DNA from: Bacteroidota bacterium
Lineage (GTDB): Bacteria > Bacteroidota > Bacteroidia > Bacteroidales > JACABE01
Assembly: GCA_037133555.1 (NCBI GenBank)
Contig: JBAXNW010000004.1
Coordinates: forward strand, 13,176 to 77,175
Length of the DNA stretch: 64,000 bases
Direction of reading: 5' to 3'
Positions 10,101 to 17,922 of the stretch are shown piece by piece. Below the pieces are notes generated by a model that was given only the letters and a program-made list of their open reading frames with translations, did not search any database and was not told where the DNA came from. Made by a program: the position numbers and the translations under genes. The stretch's first letter is position 1; each line of letters begins with the position of its first letter.

Positions 10101-10782
10101 TGCAAAGAATATCCCTAACAAAAGGGTCATCGGTATCGAAAACACAGGTAAAAAATATCAAATTCTGGTGGTAGACGATAAAGATGAAAACCTGAAAGTA
10201 GTTGTTAAATTGCTGCAATGGGTAGGTTTCGAAACGATGGAAGCTGTGAATGGACAAGATGCCCTGGAAAAATTTGAAAAAGGCAGGCCTGATCTTATTC
10301 TAATGGATATGCGTATGCCGATTATGGATGGTTTTGAAGCCTCCCGTTTGATAAAATTAACCGAAAAAGGCAAGCTAACACCCATTGTTGCCCTTACTGC
10401 CAGCTCTTTTGAAGATGAACGAAAAAAAATAAAATCCTTGGGTTTGCAAGGCTATATCCGTAAACCATTCAGAGAAGCAGAGTTGTTTAATACCCTTGCA
10501 GGAATTCTCGGAATTCAATATATTTATGAAGATGAAAAGCCTTCGATGCTGAAAAAATATAGTTTGAACGAAACAGGCATTAAACAGGATGTTGCAAAAT
10601 TATCTTCTGACTTGCGGTCTCAGATGTTAGATGCAATTGTACTGGCAGATATTGAACTATTGATCGATCATATTAAAAGTATCCAAAAAGAACATCCTGA
10701 ATTAGCAGATTACTTAATTACACTAGCCAATAATTACGATTACAATTACTTACAACAATTATTAAATAATAAAAAACCATAA
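7162..10782 (+). CDS. Membrane-bound CHASE-type hybrid sensor histidine kinase (TM, extracytoplasmic domains, PAS, HisKA, HATPase_c, REC, conserved C-terminal extension)
   Basis: Hydrophobic segments at the N-terminus, near aa 215-240 and near aa 570-590. CHASE-like block: [38 protein letters not shown]. The transmitter is a close paralogue of 3746..7066 ([30 protein letters not shown]). Confidence 0.9.
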   Translation: [1206 protein letters not shown]

Positions 10783-10792
10783 AAATAAAAAA

Positions 10793-11902
10793 ATGAACAA
10801 TATAGCATTACATCCGGTCAGATACAATATCTTAATTGTAGACGATATCCCTACCAACCTTAAAATACTGGACGGTATTTTGAAAGGAGATGGTTATAAA
10901 GTACGTCCTGTTCCCAATGGTTTGCTTGCACTGCAAGCTGCAGAAAAAGAAAGGCCTGACCTTATCCTCCTCGACATCATGATGCCCGAAATGGATGGTT
11001 ACGAAGTCTGCCGCAAATTAAAAGAAAACCCTGAATTAGTAGATGTTCCGGTTATATTTATCAGCGCTTTAAACGACACCCAGGATATTGTCAAGGCATT
11101 TACTTCAGGTGGTGTCGATTACATTACCAAGCCTTTTCAAGCCGAAGAAGTCAAAGCACGGGTAGCTACACATCTAAAAATTTGCCGTCAAAACCTGGAA
11201 TTAAAGCAACTCAATGCCGAAAAAGATAAGTTCTTTTCTATAATTGCCCATGATCTAAGAAGTCCTTTCACAGGATTTTTAGGTCTTACTCAGATTTTGG
11301 AAGAACAATTATCAGATTTAAGCAAAGAAGAAATTCTGGATTTTTCTACAAGTATGAGAAAATCAGCTACTAAACTTTTCACCTTGCTCGAAAATCTGCT
11401 GGAATGGGCAAGAATACAGCAAGGTCTCATCCCTTTTACACCCGAAACGGTTCAATTGTTAGCAGTTGTAAACGAAAGCATTGGCATGATAAAGGAAAGT
11501 GCCAGCCTTAAACAAATTGAAATCATTTACGACATCCCCGATGAAATCACCGTTGTTACCGACACCAACATCCTACAAACCATTTTACGCAACCTGGTCT
11601 CAAATGCAGTGAAATTTACATCCAAAAACGGAAGTATCATTATTTCGGTTCTGCCTCAAAACGATGGTTCGATGGTGATTTCAATTAAAGATACTGGAAT
11701 TGGAATGAGCCAACATATCATGGATAACCTTTTCCGCATTGACGTCAACACCAGCCGTAAAGGCACTGACGGAGAAACAAGTACAGGCTTGGGACTTATT
11801 ATCTGCAAGGATTTTATCGAAAAACACGGAGGTAAACTCTGGGTCGAAAGCGAAGTAGGAAAAGGAAGCAGTTTTAATTTTACATTGGGAAGTAAAAATT
11901 AG
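10793..11902 (+). CDS. Response-regulator / histidine-kinase fusion (REC-HisKA-HATPase_c)
   Basis: REC: [35 protein letters not shown]. H-box: [13 protein letters not shown]. ATPase: [38 protein letters not shown]. Starts 10 nt after the upstream hybrid kinase stop. Confidence 0.92.
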   Translation: [369 protein letters not shown]

Positions 11903-11914
11903 GAGAAGGAGGGT

Positions 11915-12016
11915 GACTAAGAGACTATGAGACTATGAGACTATGAGACTGAGAGAACGAGGGAGCGAAGATGAGTCTAAGAGACTGAGGGAGCGAATGA
12001 GCGAAAAGGAGAGTCA
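11915..12016 (+). repeat. Octamer tandem array (GAGACTAT/GAGACTGA/GGGAGCGA family)
   Basis: Starts 13 nt after the kinase stop. gagactat occurs 3 times, followed by degenerate 8-mers. Confidence 0.9.
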
Positions 12017-12024
12017 AAGATTTT

Positions 12025-12196
12025 CTTTTGTCAAACTGAACGAAGTGAAGTAGCTCATAAAAGGAATTTAGGCTATAGGCGTTTAGGCTTTAAGAAATAG
12101 GAATTGTAAATAACACTAAAAAATAAATCGAAGAACCTCCCTTCTCCATTTAGAGCCTGTTCCGATTTATCGGAAAGAAGGGATGGGGATGAGGTT
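12025..12196 (+). repeat. Composite module, copy 1 (hairpin module H + TAGGC words + long imperfect hairpin)
   Basis: Aligns base-for-base with 25230..25400, with about 4 substitutions and 1 indel by eye. Confidence 0.92.
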
Positions 12197-12294
12197 CAAA
12201 AATTAAGAATCCAATCCTAAAGCCTAAAACCCTATAGCCTAATTAATTAGAAAAATACTTTTTGCAAAATAAGAAAATTACAAAATGAATAGTT

Positions 12295-15135
12295 ATGAAT
12301 TATACACTAGAAGAATTAATTGACCTTCCACTGCTTCAGAATTTGCAGGTGAAGCTGAATGTAATTTATACATTTCCATCTGCAATTATTGATAATAATG
12401 GCAAAATATTAACTGCTGTGGCATGGCAGGATATCTGTACAAAATTTCACCGAATAAATCCTGAATGCGAAAAGGAATGCATCAAAAGTGATCAGTATAT
12501 ATATGCACATCTTCAAGAAGCGAATCCAGCGGTAAGTTATCAATGTCCTCATGGACTGGTCGACAATGCAACACCCATTATAATTGACGGAAAACATTTA
12601 GGCAATTTTTTTACAGGTCAGTTTTTTTTAGAGAAACCCGATTTGGATTTTTTTAGGAAACAAGCAAAAAAATATGGCTTCGACGAAACAGCTTACCTGT
12701 CAGCTGTAAAAAAGGTTCCTGTCTGGAGCAAAGAAAAGCTTGCACAATACCTTGATTTTATTAAAGGCTTTATCGAGATTATTGCTGGGATTGGTTTAAA
12801 AAACTTAAAAGAGAAAGAGAATAACCTGGAATTAAAAAAAATCCAGGAAAGAAATGATGCCATTATTCTGAATACCTCAGATTGGATATGGGAATTAGAT
12901 GAGAATGGAAAATACAGTTATTGTTCCAATAAGATAGAGCAAATTTTAGGATATACAGTTGAAGAATTGATAGGCTCGTCACCTTTTGATCTAATGCCAC
13001 CCGATGAAAGTGAAAGGGTATTCTCAATTTTTCAAAACATTGCAGAAAACAAACTACCCATTGTTGATTTGGAGAATTGGAACGGCCATAAAGACGGACA
13101 CAAAGTTTGCTTATTAACGAATGGATTTCCTGTATTGAATGAATCAGGCGAAATTAAAGGATGGAAAGGTGCTGACAAAGATATTACAGATCGTAAACTT
13201 GCCGAATTAGTTAATAAACAGCATCATGAATTACTTTTAAAACTTTCGGAACAAGTACCCGGTGTTATTTACCAATACAGATTGTTTGAGGATGGTCGTT
13301 CTTGCTTTCCTTACTCAAGTTCTGGAATGAACGATATTTACGAAGTTTCTCCGGATGATGTAAGAGAAGATGCCACGCCTGTATTTGGGCGACTTCACCC
13401 TGATGACCTTGACATGATTTCAGCATCGATCTTTGAATCAGCTCGCACACTTCAGCATTATTACAGTGAGTTTCGGGTAGTGCTTCCCCGTCAGGGTTTG
13501 CGTTGGCGTTTTTGCAATGCAGTACCCGAACGTTTGGATGACAACTCTACCCTCTGGCATGGAATTATTTACGATATCACCGACCGTAAATTATCAGAAG
13601 AAAAACTTCAGGTGAGTGAAAATCGCTATCACAACATCTTTGATCAGGCAAACGAAGGCTTGTTAATAATGACCAAAGAAGGAAAAATTTCTGAAGTTAA
13701 CCTCGCATTTGCCATTATGCATGGCTATAGTTTAGAGGAGCTTAAATCAATGGACATTCAAAATCTGGATGTCCTCAGAGAATCAACCATGAAAGAACGT
13801 AGCGAAATAATAGCACGAATAGAAAGAGGTGAAGTACAACGTTTTGAAGTGGAACACTACCATAAAGATGGCCACATTTTCCCCCTCAGTGTTACCACAA
13901 GTAAAATCAATATCGGTAATCAGGAGTTCTATTTAGCCTTCCATCAGGACATCACCCAGCTTAAACAATCAGAAAATGAACTTATCGAAGCCAAAGAAAA
14001 AGCCGAAGAAAGCAACAAGCTGAAAACAGCTTTTCTGAATAATATTTCTCATGAAATCCGTACACCCTTTAATGGTATTCTTGGGTTTTTATCAATTCTC
14101 CAGAACGAAGTGCTCAGTCATCAGGAAAGAGAAGAGTATACCGGTATCATTAATAAAAGTGCCAAACGCTTAATGAACACCATCAACGATATTGTTGAAA
14201 TATCAAAAATACAGGCTGGGCAATTGAAATTAACAAGTTCCAACATCAACATCAGCAGCTTACTATTTGAACTCAGCTACTATTTTAAACGCGAAGCCGA
14301 AAACAAGGGCTTACTATTCAGGACCTTGAATGAATTACCTGATCCTAACTCATTTATTAACACTGATAATATTAAACTCAATAAAATACTTTCAATACTG
14401 CTGGAAAATGCAATTAAATTTACAAAATCTGGAAGTATAGAATTGGGTATTTGTCAAAAAGGCGAAAACCTTGAGTTTTTTGTGAAAGATAGTGGTATTG
14501 GTATTCCCGATAACAAAAAAGTTTTAATTTTCGAACGTTTCATGCAGGCAGATGTATCAGATACGCGGAATTTCGAAGGATCGGGCTTAGGCCTTTCTAT
14601 CGCAAAAGCTTATGTAGAAACCATGGGTGGAAAACTGAGTTTCGAAAGTGATGAAGCTCAGGGCTCCATATTCTATGTCAGTTTTCCATATGCTGATCTT
14701 AATCCTGAAAAAAAACAGGCTCAGCAACTTTTAATGTCAAAGACCATTAAAAAGAACCTTAAAAAAATGGACCATCTTAAAATACTCATAGCCGATGATG
14801 ACGAAATTTCAGAAATATTTATTAAACTGGCTGTCAAAGAGATATGCAAAGAAGTTTTTATAGCAAGAAACGGAACAGAAAGTATAGCGCAATTACACCT
14901 TCACCCAGATATTGATCTGGTAATTATGGATATAAAAATGCCCATTCTCAATGGTTACGAAGCTACCCGAAAAATCAGGCTTTTTAACAGTAAGGTGGTA
15001 ATTATTGCACAAACTGCCTTTGCAATGGTAGGTGACCGAGAAAAAACAATAGAAGCTGGTTGCAACGACTATATTGCGAAACCCTATAAAAAGGATGAAT
15101 TCTTGGCCGTAATCAGGAAGTATTTTGGAAATTAG
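12295..15135 (+). CDS. PocR-like/PAS hybrid sensor histidine kinase with C-terminal REC
   Basis: Cys-rich N-terminal sensory block resembling PocR (WQDICTKFHRINPECEKECIKSD..YQCPHGLVDNATPIIIDGKHLGNFFTGQF). Three PAS-like blocks. H-box FLNNISHEIRTPFNG and C-terminal REC are paralogous to 745..2445. Confidence 0.9.
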   Translation: MNYTLEELIDLPLLQNLQVKLNVIYTFPSAIIDNNGKILTAVAWQDICTKFHRINPECEKECIKSDQYIYAHLQEANPAVSYQCPHGLVDNATPIIIDGKHLGNFFTGQFFLEKPDLDFFRKQAKKYGFDETAYLSAVKKVPVWSKEKLAQYLDFIKGFIEIIAGIGLKNLKEKENNLELKKIQERNDAIILNTSDWIWELDENGKYSYCSNKIEQILGYTVEELIGSSPFDLMPPDESERVFSIFQNIAENKLPIVDLENWNGHKDGHKVCLLTNGFPVLNESGEIKGWKGADKDITDRKLAELVNKQHHELLLKLSEQVPGVIYQYRLFEDGRSCFPYSSSGMNDIYEVSPDDVREDATPVFGRLHPDDLDMISASIFESARTLQHYYSEFRVVLPRQGLRWRFCNAVPERLDDNSTLWHGIIYDITDRKLSEEKLQVSENRYHNIFDQANEGLLIMTKEGKISEVNLAFAIMHGYSLEELKSMDIQNLDVLRESTMKERSEIIARIERGEVQRFEVEHYHKDGHIFPLSVTTSKINIGNQEFYLAFHQDITQLKQSENELIEAKEKAEESNKLKTAFLNNISHEIRTPFNGILGFLSILQNEVLSHQEREEYTGIINKSAKRLMNTINDIVEISKIQAGQLKLTSSNINISSLLFELSYYFKREAENKGLLFRTLNELPDPNSFINTDNIKLNKILSILLENAIKFTKSGSIELGICQKGENLEFFVKDSGIGIPDNKKVLIFERFMQADVSDTRNFEGSGLGLSIAKAYVETMGGKLSFESDEAQGSIFYVSFPYADLNPEKKQAQQLLMSKTIKKNLKKMDHLKILIADDDEISEIFIKLAVKEICKEVFIARNGTESIAQLHLHPDIDLVIMDIKMPILNGYEATRKIRLFNSKVVIIAQTAFAMVGDREKTIEAGCNDYIAKPYKKDEFLAVIRKYFGN

Positions 15136-15175
15136 GGATTGAGAATTAAGAATTAAGAATTACAAATTACGAAGA
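15136..15175 (+). repeat. Heptamer tandem array (GAATTAA/GAATTAC family)
   Basis: gggattgagaattaagaattaagaattacaaattacgaag, immediately after the stop codon at 15133..15135. Confidence 0.85.
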
Positions 15176-15185
15176 CATTCATTTT

Positions 15186-15271
15186 CTTTTGTCATTCAGA
15201 GTGTTAGCGAGGAATCTCATTTATATAATTTTATTATACGAGATGCTTCACTACGTTCAGTATGACAAAGG
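15186..15271. repeat. Convergent pair of hairpin modules H (variant ATTC/GAAT on +, variant ATACT/AGCAT on -)
   Basis: cttttgtcattcagagtgttagcgaggaatctca at 15186..15219. gagatgcttcactacgttcagtatgacaaagg at 15240..15271. Confidence 0.85.
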
Positions 15272-15315
15272 AAAAAGCTTCTGTTCACTGTTTAATGATA
15301 AAGATAACCCAATCT

Positions 15316-17922
15316 ATGAATACAATCAAGCATTCCATATTTGCAGTAACCGGACTTTCGTGCAGCAATTGTGCACTTACTATCGAGACGAATGTAAGCA
15401 AACAAAAGGGTATTGAAGCTGCCACTGTTGATTTCGCCAGCGAAAAATTGTCGGTAAGTTTCGACACAACAGTTTTAGGCGAAAGCGATATTATCCATTT
15501 TATCCGTCAGCTAGGCTATGGCGTTGCCGTTGGCAAGCTTGATCTTCCACTCTTTGGTATGCTGGATACTACCGATGCCTTATCTTTAGAAAAAATGCTC
15601 CTCAAACAAAATGGTGTTTTGCACTGTAGCGTTAATTATGCTTCAGAACGTTGCTTACTCGAATACATCCCAGGTATGATCAGCGTTGCCGACATTGCTT
15701 CAGTAATCCACAAAGCAGGCTTCGACCTCGTTCAAGCAGATGGAACGGAAGATGCGGAAGATTTGGAAGCCAGCATCCGCAGTCAGGAACTTCGTAAGCA
15801 AAGAAACTTGCTGAAGACGGCAGTTGTATTTACCATTCCCCTCGTTGTATATAGCATGGCCCACGATTTTAATGTGGTCGGATTCAACTACGATCAATAT
15901 GTGATGCTTTTTGCAGCCACAATTGTCCAGTTTATTGCTGGATGGCAATTCTATGTGGGTGCATGGAAGAGTCTTCGCTTTGGCAGTGCGAATATGGATG
16001 TACTCATTGCAATGGGTTCATCGGCAGCCTATTTTTCGAGCCTGCTGGTTACCATAGGTTTCATCTCCAGCCCCCATGTATATTTCGAGACTGCTGCATC
16101 CATTATTACCCTCATCAGACTGGGCAAATACCTCGAGGCCCGCGCTAAGGGCAGAACCTCCGAGGCATTGAAAGCATTGATGGGTTTACGTGCCAAAACA
16201 GCAAAGGTAGTTCGAAATGGTATTGAATTGGAAATAAGCATCGAAGAAGTGGTGGTAGGCGACCTATTGATTGTTCGTCCTGGTGAAAAAGTAGCTGTGG
16301 ATGGTATTATCTGTGAAGGCCGTTCTGCATTTGAAGAATCGATGATCAGCGGCGAATCGATGCCGATAAGCAAATCAGCCGGTGATGAAGTAATTGGCGC
16401 CACCATCAACTGCGAAGGATTGATCAAATATGAAGCCACCAGGGTAGGCAAAGATACCTGCCTTTCGCAGATTATACAAATGGTACAGCAAGCCCAGGCC
16501 AGCAAAGCTCCCATTCAGAAACTAACCGACAAAATCGGGAAATACTTTGTCCCTATCATTATTGGTATCGCTTTGTTTACATTTATTGGATGGATGAATT
16601 TTGCTCAAGGCGAGTGGACCGCTGCCTTGATGAATGCCATTGCAGTGCTTGTCATCGCCTGCCCATGTGCAATTGGGCTGGCTACTCCTACAGCCATTAT
16701 CGTTGGCACATCCAAGGGTGCCGAAAACGGCATCTTATTCAAAAACAGCGAAATGCTTGAAAAAGCAGGAAAACTCAACATTGTGGTTCTCGACAAAACA
16801 GGCACTCTTACAATGGGAAAACCCGAAGTCAGCAATATTTTCCCACTTGAAGATAATACAAGCGATTATTTGCTTCACTTGGCAGGCAGTGCTGAGTTGG
16901 GATCAGAGCATCCTGTGGGCATTGCCATGGTAAAGGCAGCAAAAGAAAAAGGCTTGGTAGTTGTCAATCCCATGCAATTCCGATCATTTGGAGGTTTGGG
17001 TATACGTGCCATTGTAAATCATCAAACGGTATTGATTGGCAATCTACGGCTGATGCAGCAAGAAGGGGTTTCTACAGAGGCCATCCAAGCTGAAGTCATC
17101 AAAATGCAAAGCGAGGGAAAAACAGCCATGATAGTTGCGGTAAAACAGCCCGACAGTGCTAATCCTTGCCGACCTATCGGAATCATTGCTGTGGCTGACA
17201 GGGTGAAAGCTGGCGCAAAAGAAGCCATAGCAGAATTACGTCAACTTGGTATGAATATTGTGATGATTACCGGAGATAATCAGCATACAGCAGAAGCTGT
17301 TGCCCGTGAATTAGGTATCGATCAGGTATTGGCCGAAGTGATGCCCGCCGATAAAGCCAAAGCTATCAAAAAGCTACAACTTGCCGTCAGCCCCGGCAAT
17401 TATAAACTTTCCACAGTAGCCATGGTGGGTGATGGCATCAACGATGCCCCGGCATTAGCACAAGCCGATGTAGGTATCGCTATTGGAAGCGGTACTGATA
17501 TAGCCATGGCAGCTGCCGGCATCACACTCGTGAGTGGTGAACTTTCAGGTGTTGGTCGTGCGATTTCATTATCCAGAGGCACTTCACAAACCATCGTTCA
17601 AAACCTGATGTGGGCTTTGTTATACAATGTGGCCCTCATTCCCATTGCAGCAATGGGAATGCTGAATCCTATGTTTGCAGCTGGAGCCATGGCATTCAGC
17701 TCTATTTTTGTGGTGAGCAACAGCCTTCGTTTGCGGGCTTACAAAGTGCAAAGTTTTGCAGCAAAAAAAACAATCTTTCGCCAAAGCATCGAACTGATAC
17801 CCCGAATATTGCTTCCTGCAGCAACGCTGGCTTTGCTCATTTTTCTAAGCATGCAATCGATGCCTGATAAATGCACCAAATCACCAAATCACCAAATCAC
17901 CAAATCAAAAAACAACAAATGA
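15316..17922 (+). CDS. copA: Heavy-metal (Cu+) translocating P1B-type ATPase
   Basis: HMA domain with GLSCSNC; CPC ([13 protein letters not shown]); DKTGTLT; [10 protein letters not shown]. Start moved to ATG 15316 (MNTIKHSIF..) because ATG 15262 lies inside an intergenic repeat module. The last ~15 codons read through an octamer array. Confidence 0.9.
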   Translation: MNTIKHSIFAVTGLSCSNCALTIETNVSKQKGIEAATVDFASEKLSVSFDTTVLGESDIIHFIRQLGYGVAVGKLDLPLFGMLDTTDALSLEKMLLKQNGVLHCSVNYASERCLLEYIPGMISVADIASVIHKAGFDLVQADGTEDAEDLEASIRSQELRKQRNLLKTAVVFTIPLVVYSMAHDFNVVGFNYDQYVMLFAATIVQFIAGWQFYVGAWKSLRFGSANMDVLIAMGSSAAYFSSLLVTIGFISSPHVYFETAASIITLIRLGKYLEARAKGRTSEALKALMGLRAKTAKVVRNGIELEISIEEVVVGDLLIVRPGEKVAVDGIICEGRSAFEESMISGESMPISKSAGDEVIGATINCEGLIKYEATRVGKDTCLSQIIQMVQQAQASKAPIQKLTDKIGKYFVPIIIGIALFTFIGWMNFAQGEWTAALMNAIAVLVIACPCAIGLATPTAIIVGTSKGAENGILFKNSEMLEKAGKLNIVVLDKTGTLTMGKPEVSNIFPLEDNTSDYLLHLAGSAELGSEHPVGIAMVKAAKEKGLVVVNPMQFRSFGGLGIRAIVNHQTVLIGNLRLMQQEGVSTEAIQAEVIKMQSEGKTAMIVAVKQPDSANPCRPIGIIAVADRVKAGAKEAIAELRQLGMNIVMITGDNQHTAEAVARELGIDQVLAEVMPADKAKAIKKLQLAVSPGNYKLSTVAMVGDGINDAPALAQADVGIAIGSGTDIAMAAAGITLVSGELSGVGRAISLSRGTSQTIVQNLMWALLYNVALIPIAAMGMLNPMFAAGAMAFSSIFVVSNSLRLRAYKVQSFAAKKTIFRQSIELIPRILLPAATLALLIFLSMQSMPDKCTKSPNHQITKSKNNK
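17874..17905. repeat. Perfect octamer array (CACCAAAT)x4 inside the copA 3-prime end, upstream of the kinase start
   Basis: Four exact units at 17874, 17882, 17890 and 17898. Reverse complement of the GATTTGGT family seen at 37429 and 44687. Confidence 0.95.

Noticed and set aside
15189-15416. A 75-aa ORF spanning the gap upstream of copA, together with the ATG 15262 start for copA.
   Set aside because: The sequence is built from the two facing hairpin modules and is low-complexity. The normal HMA N-terminus begins at ATG 15316.
16029-16514. A 161-aa ORF antisense to copA. Similar long antisense ORFs: 23853..24386 (177 aa, in recJ), 36998..37450 (150 aa, in glyQS), 54994..55455 (153 aa, in the adaptor gene), 18882..19313 (143 aa), 49378..49791 (137 aa) and 6433..6801 (122 aa).
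   Set aside because: Each lies entirely inside a strongly supported gene on the opposite strand. They have odd composition and no recognisable motifs, as expected for shadow ORFs.
17610-17867. An 85-aa ORF in an alternative frame within the copA 3-prime region, and a 99-aa ORF at 16634..16933.
   Set aside because: Both are same-strand out-of-frame overlaps of a well-supported P-type ATPase gene and carry no independent signals.
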